Notes under the pieces: generated by a model
What the model saw: the letters and a program-made list of their open reading frames with translations, nothing else
What the model was told of the DNA's origin: nothing
Databases searched by the model: none
Shown here: in pieces, positions 17,579 to 26,399 of the stretch
Layout: every line of letters starts with the position of its first letter
Numbering within the stretch: the stretch's first letter is position 1
Assembly (NCBI GenBank): GCA_051874735.1
Contig: JBJEGD010000038.1
Coordinates: 1 to 32,182 of the forward strand
Direction: 5' to 3'
DNA from: Candidatus Bruticola sp.
Lineage (GTDB): Bacteria > Vulcanimicrobiota > Xenobia > Xenobiales > Xenobiaceae
Length of the DNA: 32,182 nucleotides
Translations under genes and position numbers: made by a program

Positions 17579-18496
17579 ATGAGCGCCGTATACGAATGTA
17601 TTCCCAATATTTCAGAAGGACGAAGACCTGAAATTATTGAGCGTTTTGCCGAAGCAGTGCGCTCTGTTTCCGGGGCCAGATTGCTAGATTATTCTGCTGA
17701 TTGGGACCACAATCGCTCCGTGTTCACTTGTATAGGCGAGGCTGAAAGTTTACAAGAGGTTGTGTTTCGCCTTACTGAAACAGCCTCTTCATTCTTAGAT
17801 ATGCACGAGCATCACGGAGTTCATCCTCGTATAGGGGCTGTGGATGTCGTTCCCTTCGTTCCGCTTCAGTCTGCTTCTATGGCGGAGGCTGTAGCGTTAA
17901 CGGTGCAAATCGCTTCAGCGGTGGCAGAACGTTTCAGTTTGCCTATTTACTTGTATGGACAAGCTGCCCGCTGTCCCCAGCGGGCAGCCCTCTCCTACTT
18001 GAGAAGGGGCGGTTGGGAGGCTTTAAACATAGAAGGGCTAGACAGTGAGGAGCGGCGGCCAGACATTGGGCCCAAGCATTTGCACCCTCGGTTAGGAGCC
18101 TCCTGCTTTGGGGCGCGGGGACCTCTGATAGCGTTTAACGTTTGGCTAAAAAGCCAAGATCTGGCCGCCGCCAAGCATATAGCTTCTGCAATCCGCGCTT
18201 CGTCGGGCGGTCTTCCTTATGTACAGGCTTTAGGTTTGGAGCTTCCCTCACAAGGGGCTGTACAAATTTCCATGAATTTGACCAATCCTCAGGTAACATC
18301 TCTGGACACTGTTTTCAATTTAGTCAAAGCTAAGGCCGAGCAATGGGGAATAGAAGTTTTAAAAAGCGAACTTATCGGATGTTTACCTCTTCAGAGTCTT
18401 TGTACGAGTGCTGCTCATTATTTGCAGTTGGAGGGCTTAAGTCCGCAGCGTGTTGTAGAAAACGGTTTAATTAATAAAACGATTGATCGTGTGTGA
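17579..18496 (+). CDS. ftcD: Glutamate formimidoyltransferase
   Basis: YECIPNISEGR, DWDHNRSV, HHGVHPRIGAVDVVPFVP, GARGPLIAFNV and QISMNL motifs; ATG 17579 matches the family start. Confidence 0.93.
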   Translation: MSAVYECIPNISEGRRPEIIERFAEAVRSVSGARLLDYSADWDHNRSVFTCIGEAESLQEVVFRLTETASSFLDMHEHHGVHPRIGAVDVVPFVPLQSASMAEAVALTVQIASAVAERFSLPIYLYGQAARCPQRAALSYLRRGGWEALNIEGLDSEERRPDIGPKHLHPRLGASCFGARGPLIAFNVWLKSQDLAAAKHIASAIRASSGGLPYVQALGLELPSQGAVQISMNLTNPQVTSLDTVFNLVKAKAEQWGIEVLKSELIGCLPLQSLCTSAAHYLQLEGLSPQRVVENGLINKTIDRV

Positions 18497-18668
18497 TAGC
18501 AGGCTTATAGGTGTCACTGCGTGAAGCTTTGGGTAGACAGATTGGGTAAAATTTCAAGTATTTGCAGACTAATCTGAATTTAGGCAAGATATAATAGCAG
18601 CTGTGGGCTAAGTAAGTCCGAGTTGGAATTATTTTCTATACATAAAAATTTTTTATGGAGGTTTTATT

Positions 18669-19919
18669 GTGAATCAGGCTGACTCCGTAGTCATAGCTGG
18701 CAAAGTTTTAACTTGTGCCAACGATGATGATGCCTCTCAGCCGCGATGCGGCGCAGATATGGACGACGCTGGCGAAATAGAAGAGGGGGCTTTTGCAATT
18801 TGTGGCGGGAAGATTGCAGAAGTTGGCTTAGCGCGGGATCTTCTGCGCCGCTGGCATGGACCGTTGTTAGATTATTGCAACTGTACCATAGTGCCGGGGT
18901 TCGTTGATGCTCATACTCACCCTATTTTTGCAGGTTCCCGATCAGATGAATATTTGATGCGGGCTCAAGGGGCTACCTACGAGGAAATCCATGCTAAAGG
19001 TGGCGGCATAGCCAACACTGTCAGAGCCTCGTCTGAAGCTAGTGATGGCGAACTGGAAGATATCGCCAGACGCAATTTAGAAATGATGCTGGCTCACGGA
19101 TCGACTACTATCGAAGCAAAAAGCGGTTACGGTTTGTCCACCAGAGAGGAGCTGCGGGAACTGCGTATTTTGCGCAAGCTAGGTCGTGAACTTCCCATCG
19201 ACTTGGCTGTTACTTTTTTAGGAGCTCATGCTGTTCCAGAAGAATATGCTGATCACGCTCATGATTATGTAAAGCTAATAGTCAAAGAAATGATTCCACA
19301 AGTCTGCGAAGACGGCTTAGCCGACTGGGTTGATGTCTTTTGCGAACGCGGAGCTTTCGACGTCGCTCAGTCCAAACAAATTTTGGAAACTGGTATGGCT
19401 TGTGGATTAGGGGCCAGGATTCACGCTGAGGAGTTTTGTTATTTAGGAGGAGCTAAGATGGCCGCTGCTATAGGCGCTTCTTCTTGCGATCATCTGCAGA
19501 GTTTGCAGGCTGACGATTATCCTATCCTTAAAGATAGCGGTATTATACCTATACTAACTCCCGGCACTTCTTTCTTTTTGGGTGGAAGCAAATACGCTAA
19601 AGGCAGAGATATGATCGATTTCGGTTTGCCGGTAGCCGTAGCCACCGATTTTAACCCGGGCTCTAATTTCTGCTTGTCTATGCCCATGGCTATATCTTTG
19701 GCAGTGCTGCGTTTAAAAATGACTCCTGCTGAAGCTATTGTCGCCGCTACTATAAATGCGGCTTATTCGTTGAAAATGGCCGATCGGGTAGGTAGTTTAT
19801 CTGTAGGTAAACAAGCTGATTTCGTTGTGCTGAATACTTTAAATTGGCGCGATTGGCCTTATAGTTACGGTGTCAACTGGATTCGCTCTGTTTATAAGAA
19901 AGGATTTATGGTGGCTTAA
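18669..19919 (+). CDS. hutI: Imidazolonepropionase
   Basis: PGFVDAHTH, GGGIANTV, EAKSGYGL, FLGAHAVP, DVFCE, IHAEE and ATDFNPG motifs; GGAGG RBS. Confidence 0.96.
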   Translation: MNQADSVVIAGKVLTCANDDDASQPRCGADMDDAGEIEEGAFAICGGKIAEVGLARDLLRRWHGPLLDYCNCTIVPGFVDAHTHPIFAGSRSDEYLMRAQGATYEEIHAKGGGIANTVRASSEASDGELEDIARRNLEMMLAHGSTTIEAKSGYGLSTREELRELRILRKLGRELPIDLAVTFLGAHAVPEEYADHAHDYVKLIVKEMIPQVCEDGLADWVDVFCERGAFDVAQSKQILETGMACGLGARIHAEEFCYLGGAKMAAAIGASSCDHLQSLQADDYPILKDSGIIPILTPGTSFFLGGSKYAKGRDMIDFGLPVAVATDFNPGSNFCLSMPMAISLAVLRLKMTPAEAIVAATINAAYSLKMADRVGSLSVGKQADFVVLNTLNWRDWPYSYGVNWIRSVYKKGFMVA

Positions 19920-19923
19920 ACAC

Positions 19924-20661
19924 ATGGTAAAAACCTCTGAATTGGTGCGTTATCTCAGCGATCTTTTAAGAATTAAAGAATTCTCAGATTTCACTAGCAA
20001 TGGTATTCAGGTAGAGGGAGCTGAAGAACTTAAAAAGGTAGGCTTTGCTGTCGATGCTTGTTATTCTACCTTCGAAGCTCTGCAGGATTGTCAATTAATC
20101 TGTGTCCATCATGGTATGATGTGGCCTAGTTGGAACAAAGTTGAGGGAGTAAACAAAAAAAGGCTCAAATACCTGCTCGATCGCAATATAGGTTTGTTCG
20201 TTTCTCATCTGCCTCTAGATCGCCATCCTCAACTGGGCAATAATGCTCAAATTCTCAGCGCTTTAGGCTGGGAAAAGACTGGCGAATTCGGAGAAGTAGG
20301 TTGGCTTTGCGACTTGGAGGAGCCTATTTCTATAAAAGAGGCTCAGGAAAAATTGGCTGCTTTGTTCCCCAGACAGCTGGCTTCTTACTGGCAAGGTCCT
20401 GACAAGATTAGACGCATCGGTGTATGTAGTGGCGGAGGAGGGGGGGAATATCTCTACAAGGGTATTGGCCATCATCTAGATTTGTATATAACTGGAGAAA
20501 CTAGTTATTCGATGACTCACGATGCCGAGGAGTACGGGCTTAATATCGCGTGTGTAGGTCACTACGATTCTGAAACTTTTGGAGTTAAGGCTTTAAAAGC
20601 TGAGGTAGAGGATCAATTCGGGCTTGAAACAGCCTTCTTCGATAATCCTACTGGTTTGTAA
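19924..20661 (+). CDS. Nif3-like dinuclear metal centre protein (YbgI/DUF34)
   Basis: NGIQVEG, VHHG, SHLPLDRHPQLGNN, ITGE and GHYDSE motifs; ATG 19924 lies 4 nt after the hutI stop. Confidence 0.92.
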   Translation: MVKTSELVRYLSDLLRIKEFSDFTSNGIQVEGAEELKKVGFAVDACYSTFEALQDCQLICVHHGMMWPSWNKVEGVNKKRLKYLLDRNIGLFVSHLPLDRHPQLGNNAQILSALGWEKTGEFGEVGWLCDLEEPISIKEAQEKLAALFPRQLASYWQGPDKIRRIGVCSGGGGGEYLYKGIGHHLDLYITGETSYSMTHDAEEYGLNIACVGHYDSETFGVKALKAEVEDQFGLETAFFDNPTGL

Positions 20662-20670
20662 AAACGGCTA

Positions 20671-21087
20671 GTGCGCAGATTAATCTTATTTGGGTGGATG
20701 GCGCTCATTTTTTTTGCTTCTGCCGATTCCGCTTCCGGTGAGCGTTCCTGGGCCTTCATGAGCTGTTTGTTAAAATTGGCTCACATGAGCGGATTTGAAG
20801 TTTCTGCGCAATTTGACCTGTCATTTTTTCATTTTTGCCTGCGTAAAGCTGCTCATGTGGCAGAATATGCTGTGCTCTGCGCTCTGTGGCGTTGGAATGG
20901 GCTGAAGAGTAAAGATTCTCTAGTAGTCGTATTTTTGTGCGCTTGTCTAGATGAATGGCATCAGAGTTTTGTAGTGTCCAGAGTAGGCTGCTTATCCGAT
21001 GTCTTTGTCGATTGGGGGGGAGCTTGGGCCGCTTTAATTATAGAAAGGCTGGCTTCGTTGTTTTTTTATCAAATTAAGCAGGAATAG
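20671..21087 (+). CDS. VanZ-like family membrane protein
   Basis: WMALIFFAS, LRKAAHVAEYAVL and DEWHQSFVVSRVGCLSDVFVD motifs. Confidence 0.85.
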   Translation: MRRLILFGWMALIFFASADSASGERSWAFMSCLLKLAHMSGFEVSAQFDLSFFHFCLRKAAHVAEYAVLCALWRWNGLKSKDSLVVVFLCACLDEWHQSFVVSRVGCLSDVFVDWGGAWAALIIERLASLFFYQIKQE

Positions 21088-21197
21088 GCTGGTCTTAGAG
21101 AATGCACACGAACTTGCCTGAAATGAGAAGCAGCAGTATTATTTTTTGTTATTTTTGATAGGCGCTTGGGCGTTAATTTTATGGAGGACTCTTTAAT

Positions 21198-22505
21198 ATG
21201 AGCGGATCTGCATTAGATTACAAAGTAAAGGATATGAGTTTAGCTGAGTGGGGAAGACGGGACATAGCTCTTTCTGAAGTAGAGATGCCGGGCTTGATGG
21301 CTCTGCGCGAGCGTTATGCTAATGAGAAGCCCTTGAGCGGTGCTCGTATTGCCGGCTGTCTGCATATGACTATCCAAACAGCTGTTTTAATTGAAACTTG
21401 TATCGCTTTAGGCGCTCAGGTTCGCTGGAGTTCATGTAATATTTACAGTACTCAAGATCATGCCGCTGCTGCTGTAGCTGCTGCTGGTGTGCCCGTTTTT
21501 GCTTGGAAGGGTGAAACTTTAGAAGAGTATGACTGGTGTATTCGTCAAAGCTTAAAATTTGAAGGCGGCTTAGGCCCCAATATGATCTTGGATGACGGCG
21601 GTGATCTTACCAATTTAGTACATGAGGAGTTCCCTGAACTTTTCAAAGAAATACGTGGTATCACTGAGGAAACTACTACGGGCGTGCATAATCTTTATAG
21701 GCGCGCCAGTGAAGGTAAGCTTTTAGCTCCAGCTATTAATGTTAACGATTCCGTAACTAAATCTAAGTTTGACAATCTGTATGGCTGCCGCGAGTCTTTG
21801 GCTGATGGTATTAAGAGAGGTACCGACGTCATGGTCGCCGGTAAGGTTGTAGTCGTAGCCGGTTTTGGCGATGTGGGCAAAGGCTGTGCGCAGAGTATGC
21901 GCGGTTTCGGCGCTAGAGTTATTATTACAGAAATTGATCCTATATGTGCCTTGCAGGCTGCCATGGAAGGTTATCAAGTTATGACCATGGATGAAGTTGC
22001 GCCTATTGGTGATATATTTGTTACTGCTACTGGCTGCAAAGGTATTATTCTCGATCGTCATATGATGAAGATGAAAGATAAAGCCATTGTCTGCAATATC
22101 GGTCACTTCGATTGTGAAATCGACATGCACTGGTTGGAAACAACCCCTGGCATTACTGAATACAGCTTAAAGCCTCAAGTAGATGTCTTCCATCTTCCTA
22201 GCGGTCGCGATCTGATCGTTTTGGCCCGTGGTCGTTTAGTAAACCTCGGCTGCGCTACGGGACATCCTTCTTTTGTGATGTCATGCTCTTTTACCAATCA
22301 GGTCTTAGGACAGATAGAGCTGTGGAATAATTACGAAAAGTATCCTATAGGCGTGTATCGCTTACCCAAAAAGCTCGACGAAGAAGTTGCTCGTCTCCAT
22401 CTGCCTAAGTTAGGCGTCAGCTTAACTACTCTGACTCCCGATCAGGCTGAATATCTTGGAGTGCCGGTAGAAGGCCCTTATAAGCCTGATTATTACCGCT
22501 ACTAG
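21198..22505 (+). CDS. ahcY: Adenosylhomocysteinase (SAH hydrolase)
   Basis: [58 protein letters not shown] and C-terminal YRY. Confidence 0.98.
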   Translation: MSGSALDYKVKDMSLAEWGRRDIALSEVEMPGLMALRERYANEKPLSGARIAGCLHMTIQTAVLIETCIALGAQVRWSSCNIYSTQDHAAAAVAAAGVPVFAWKGETLEEYDWCIRQSLKFEGGLGPNMILDDGGDLTNLVHEEFPELFKEIRGITEETTTGVHNLYRRASEGKLLAPAINVNDSVTKSKFDNLYGCRESLADGIKRGTDVMVAGKVVVVAGFGDVGKGCAQSMRGFGARVIITEIDPICALQAAMEGYQVMTMDEVAPIGDIFVTATGCKGIILDRHMMKMKDKAIVCNIGHFDCEIDMHWLETTPGITEYSLKPQVDVFHLPSGRDLIVLARGRLVNLGCATGHPSFVMSCSFTNQVLGQIELWNNYEKYPIGVYRLPKKLDEEVARLHLPKLGVSLTTLTPDQAEYLGVPVEGPYKPDYYRY

Positions 22506-22520
22506 TTTCCTGATAATATA

Positions 22521-22567
22521 AAACAGCTCTGCCGTCCTATTTAGAGAAGTGTATGGCAGGGCTGTTT
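22521..22567. terminator. Bidirectional terminator between ahcY and the kinase gene
   Basis: AAACAGCTCTGCCGT...ATGGCAGGGCTGTTT, a 15-bp stem including G-U pairs. Confidence 0.7.
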
Positions 22568-22600
22568 GTATTTTTTGGGGCGAATTTTGGATATAGAAAA

Positions 22601-23197
22601 CTATTCGCTAATGGGCTTAGTTACGTTATTTTCCCAGAAAAAATGGCAAATTTCAGCTATACGGTAGGTTTGGAAGTAGTGCTCTTCACGAGGTACCCAA
22701 TATTGGAGAAAATTAGCCAGATGTTCCGGATCTTCACGACGTTTTAAACGCTCTAGCTGTACTTGTTCGTTTACGGAAAGAAATAAAGTGTAGTCATAAA
22801 AGTGGCGCAGAGCAGGGTGGCAAGAATATGAGCCTTCTACTATGCTGAGATTATGTGGAAGTATAGTCGCAGAAAATTGGAAGTTGGAAGAGGGGTTGTG
22901 TCTGTATATTTTGTAAACGAATGGACGCTTTTCTTGCAAAGGCTTAAGTACTTCTTCTATAAACCGGTAGTAGTCAATGTGGCCGCCCGGAAGCTTTTCA
23001 TTTTCCGCTGTGCGTTCTTCCAACGGCACATAAAAATCATCAATATGGAAAATGCAACTGTTGAAGTGTTGATGCAGCTGAGAGGCTAGAGTCGTTTTCC
23101 CTGAAGCACATCGGCCATCTATAGCTAAAATAGCCTTGTCTTTTTTGTGAAGTATAGAGTTTACTATATTTATGATATCAGACAGCATGTTTAACAA
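22601..23197 (-). CDS. Uridine kinase/phosphoribulokinase-like P-loop kinase
   Basis: LAIDGRCASGKTTLA, FHIDDFY, IVEGSYS and RLKRRE motifs; start codon uncertain. Confidence 0.8.
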   Translation of the reverse strand: MLNMLSDIINIVNSILHKKDKAILAIDGRCASGKTTLASQLHQHFNSCIFHIDDFYVPLEERTAENEKLPGGHIDYYRFIEEVLKPLQEKRPFVYKIYRHNPSSNFQFSATILPHNLSIVEGSYSCHPALRHFYDYTLFLSVNEQVQLERLKRREDPEHLANFLQYWVPREEHYFQTYRIAEICHFFWENNVTKPISE

Positions 23198-23244
23198 TTA
23201 GGCTTCGAGTAATTTTGCCGCTTAGGATCAAGTATTTAAAACGG

Positions 23245-23277
23245 AAAAACTCCGCCTTGTAAAGGAACGGAGCTTTT
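23245..23277 (-). terminator. Probable rpsT terminator
   Basis: CTCCG...CGGAG stem flanked by A and T runs, about 20 nt after the rpsT stop. Confidence 0.6.
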
Positions 23278-23298
23278 GTAAAAATATGCTTTCGAATA

Positions 23299-23568
23299 TT
23301 AGGCCTGAGCGGCGTTGATTTTGCGAGCCAAACGAGATTTGCGGCGAGCAGCCTTATTTTTGTGGACGATACCTTTAGCTACGGCTTTATCGATAATGGA
23401 AGAAGCTGTGCTCAAAGACTTGGCGAGAACTTCAACGCTGTCTTTTTTCTCGACGGCAGCTTCGGCGGCCTTGAAAACGTTTTTAATACGAGTCTTTACG
23501 CTGACATTGCGCTTGCGGCGGCGCTCGTGAACCAAGATCATCTTTTTGGCAGTTTTAATGTTTGCCAC
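23299..23568 (-). CDS. rpsT: 30S ribosomal protein S20
   Basis: MANIKTAKK...IDKAVAKGIVHKNKAARRKSRL; GGAGG RBS and GTG start. Confidence 0.97.
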   Translation of the reverse strand: MANIKTAKKMILVHERRRKRNVSVKTRIKNVFKAAEAAVEKKDSVEVLAKSLSTASSIIDKAVAKGIVHKNKAARRKSRLARKINAAQA

Positions 23569-23700
23569 TTTGAAAATCCTCCAAAAAAACTTTTAGAAAC
23601 TCTAGTGAAAAATTAGGCAGACGAAACTTTATTCGCCAGGGGGAGTGAGCAGATGAACCTTGCTCAACTTGCTAAAACTACTCGCTTCTAAACCCGAGGC

Positions 23701-23730
23701 ATTATATCACGCCGATAAACCTGAAAGCAA
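23701..23730 (-). promoter_or_regulatory. Sigma70 promoter of rpsT (TTGCTT-18 bp-TATAAT with extended TG)
   Basis: Minus strand reads TTGCTTTCAGGTTTATCGGCGTGATATAAT. Confidence 0.7.
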
Positions 23731-23752
23731 GGGTAAAAAACAAAAAAAAGGA

Positions 23753-24295
23753 TTATACCTTTTTTTCAGGGCAATTTTGAAGCTTATTTACTAAACGAGC
23801 AACTGCGAAAAGGTAGTCGCTGAGTCGATTAAGATAAACTTGGATCGTAAGATTATAGAGCAAGCCACGCTCCTCTATTTCTCGGTGTAAAGCTACACAA
23901 GCTCTCTCAGTACGTCTGCAAATAGTGCGGGCTAAGTGCAGAGAAGCTCCCGCTTGGCTGCCGCCGCAGAGAATAAAGTGTCTTTGTTCAGGTATATTGT
24001 GCAGGTGAATTTTTAACCTGTCTTCTAGCTGTTTCAAGTGATTTTCCTGAAGATAAAAAGGAGGTTGTCCATTGGGGGAAGCGCTATCGGCAGCTGCTCG
24101 GAAAAGATCTCGTTGAATATCTTCCAGTTCTTGGGCAAAAGGATCGGGCAGTTTCAGGCTCAGGCATAGGCCTATAGAAGCTCCAAGTTCATCAAGACAG
24201 CCGCATAATTCAATGCGCTTACAATCTTTTGGCACGCGTTCTCCGTTAATAAGAGAGGTCTGCCCTTTATCGCCAGTTTTAGTAACTATTTTCAT
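23753..24295 (-). CDS. ATP:cob(I)alamin adenosyltransferase, PduO type
   Basis: MKIVTKTGDKGQTSL, GCLDELGA, LHLARTICRRTER and YLNRLSDYLFAVAR motifs; AAGAAGGA RBS favours ATG 24295. Confidence 0.93.
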   Translation of the reverse strand: MKIVTKTGDKGQTSLINGERVPKDCKRIELCGCLDELGASIGLCLSLKLPDPFAQELEDIQRDLFRAAADSASPNGQPPFYLQENHLKQLEDRLKIHLHNIPEQRHFILCGGSQAGASLHLARTICRRTERACVALHREIEERGLLYNLTIQVYLNRLSDYLFAVARLVNKLQNCPEKKV

Positions 24296-24372
24296 TATCA
24301 TATCCTTCTTTTTAGTGATTGTGGTCAACATTGTATCGTAGAGACTCGTTTTCATGTTATAATCCGCCCCAT

Positions 24373-25215
24373 ATGCTGGAAATAAAAAAAACTCAGATCG
24401 TTTTAGCCTCTGCTTCTCCGCGCCGTCGTGAGTTGTTGTCTATGTTAGGACTTAAGTTCTCTATTCAAAAACCTGCTGATGACGCTGAGCCTCCTTGCCT
24501 TCATGCCGGATCTGTCCTAGATAAGCTGCAAGAAAAAAAACGCTCGCCAGAGAGTGCAGAGCTTTCTTTGTATGCCCAATACAGTGGAGTTCTAGGACAG
24601 TTAGGGGGGCAGGAATTAGGCTCTGAGAATGAAGCGGTAGTTGTGGCTTCATCTTCTGCTGGGCCCTACGCTAATTTATGTCTGCGTTTTCATGCTGCTT
24701 GTGAAGCTGCCTGTTTGGCTAGAGCTATAGAACAAGTGCAGAGCGCCGCTTTAGCTAAAGCGGAATCGGCTTCTTTGTCATTAAAGTCCTCAAATCATAA
24801 TAAGGTATTGATTATAGGTGCTGATACTGTAGTAGTATGTGGACAGGCTGTATTAGGAAAGCCTTGCTCTACGGAAGAAGCTGTGGCTATGCTCGAAGGT
24901 TTGGCCGGACGATGGCATCATGTAGTCACTGGAATAGCTGTTAAGCTTTTGCCTACAGGAAAATGCTTGAAATCATGTGCTGTTACAGCTGTAAAATTTC
25001 GAGACAATATTGGAGCAGAGATTAGAGCCTACGTAGATACTGGCTGTCCTCTAGATAAGGCCGGAGCTTACGGTATCCAGGAATTAGGATCTTTGTTAGT
25101 AGAAAGAATTGAAGGCTGTTACTTTAACGTAGTGGGGCTACCTTTAACTGTTCTTAACAGTTTGACGAATGCTCTAGGATACAGTATTTTTGAGCTTAGA
25201 GATTCATCTAGTTAG
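24373..25215 (+). CDS. maf: Maf-family nucleoside triphosphate pyrophosphatase (YhdE-like) with an internal insertion
   Basis: IVLASASPRRRELL, IGADTVV...LGKP, DKAGAYGIQ and GCYFNVVGLP motifs; ATG 24373 avoids overlap with the divergent gene. Confidence 0.9.
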   Translation: MLEIKKTQIVLASASPRRRELLSMLGLKFSIQKPADDAEPPCLHAGSVLDKLQEKKRSPESAELSLYAQYSGVLGQLGGQELGSENEAVVVASSSAGPYANLCLRFHAACEAACLARAIEQVQSAALAKAESASLSLKSSNHNKVLIIGADTVVVCGQAVLGKPCSTEEAVAMLEGLAGRWHHVVTGIAVKLLPTGKCLKSCAVTAVKFRDNIGAEIRAYVDTGCPLDKAGAYGIQELGSLLVERIEGCYFNVVGLPLTVLNSLTNALGYSIFELRDSSS

Positions 25216-25292
25216 ATAATAAGCTTTTATGCAGGGCCAGAGGTGGTGCGGCAGAAAAAGATGCTTCAGTTTGATGGATAAGTAAGATCAAC

Positions 25293-26333
25293 GTGTTAGA
25301 TTTTTTTGATAATCTGGTATCTAAATTTTCACCCGATCTAGGGATCGATTTAGGCAGTTATGCTTTAGGCGTAGTAGAGTGTGGCAAAAGCAGTTGGCGT
25401 GAACCGACTCGTTTAGTGTACGATTTGAAAACTGAAAAATCGATAGCTATGGGGGAAGAAGCTAAGCGCAGAGAAGGAAAACTTAGTAAAAATAGGTTTG
25501 TGAAAAGTCCTATAAAGGAAGGACGTGTCTGCAGTTACGACAGCGCTTTGGAGATGCTCTGCTTTTGTTTGAGTCGCTGCTCTCAACTTGGGTTATTCGG
25601 CCCCAGAATATTGCTCTCCGTTCCTGTAGGCGCAGCTGAAGCTGATGTGCGCATTATATCCGATCTTTGTCGATCGGCTGGAGCCAGAGGAGTATCTGCG
25701 GTATCCGCCCCTTTAGCTTCTGCTTTGGGAGCTGGTCTTCCCGTTACGCAAACTCAGGCTTGTATGGTTGTCAATATAGGCGCCGACCTTACTCAGGCAG
25801 CTGTAATTTGCATGGGCGCCGTTGTATCTGCTGAAGTTATCCCTGTGGCTGGTTCTTCTTTCGATAAAGCTATAGTCGACTATTGCCGTGAACAAAATTT
25901 GTTGGTTGGTTTTAACAGTGCTGAAGCATTAAAGATTGCCGGTGGATGTGCTTCTGCAGAAAGTTTAGATTGTACTTTTGATATTAAGGGGCGTGATTTG
26001 AAGACGGGATATCCCAGAAAAATATCCGTAACTTCAGCAGAAATTCGGCAGATATTTCTGCCTAAGCTGGAGCAGATCGCCAACATGGTGCAGAGGGTCA
26101 CCCAGATCACTCCTCCTGGATTCGCCGGTGACGTCTTGAAAACTGGAATTATGCTATGCGGAGGAAGCAGCCGTTTAAGGGGATTGTCTCAATATCTATC
26201 AGAAAAAACCGGATTCTTTTGTCAATCTGCTGAGAAACCGGAGGAATGCACGCTGCTGGGCTTGGAACAGCTCTATCATGATCCGCGTATTATGAGATCG
26301 GTAGAAAATGCCGAAACGCATAATTTCTGGTAA
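25293..26333 (+). CDS. mreB: Rod shape-determining protein MreB, highly divergent
   Basis: GIDLG, PIKEG, ALGAGLPV, IKGRDLKTGYPR and GIMLCGG motifs, located directly before mreCD; nucleotide-binding motifs are degenerate. Confidence 0.85.
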   Translation: MLDFFDNLVSKFSPDLGIDLGSYALGVVECGKSSWREPTRLVYDLKTEKSIAMGEEAKRREGKLSKNRFVKSPIKEGRVCSYDSALEMLCFCLSRCSQLGLFGPRILLSVPVGAAEADVRIISDLCRSAGARGVSAVSAPLASALGAGLPVTQTQACMVVNIGADLTQAAVICMGAVVSAEVIPVAGSSFDKAIVDYCREQNLLVGFNSAEALKIAGGCASAESLDCTFDIKGRDLKTGYPRKISVTSAEIRQIFLPKLEQIANMVQRVTQITPPGFAGDVLKTGIMLCGGSSRLRGLSQYLSEKTGFFCQSAEKPEECTLLGLEQLYHDPRIMRSVENAETHNFW

Positions 26334-26399
26334 AGATGTTTTAAGCGTTTCATAATAAAACTTGTGAAGCCGGTTGTGTAGGCGGGAGAAAAACAAAAA

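Noticed and set aside
21088-21197. SAH or SAM riboswitch upstream of ahcY
   Set aside because: The conserved GAGGAGCG / CAGGCTC-type elements and the S-box core are not present.
21695-22130. Antisense ORFs inside ahcY, and similar ones inside ftsZ, mutS, rpsT and mrdA
   Set aside because: Typical shadow ORFs caused by codon bias of the sense genes; no recognisable motifs.
24296-24372. Cobalamin riboswitch before the adenosyltransferase
   Set aside because: The intergenic region is only 77 bp and lacks a B12 box.
24490-24726. Maf insertion as a mini-intein
   Set aside because: Too short, with no C-terminal His-Asn followed by Cys/Ser/Thr.
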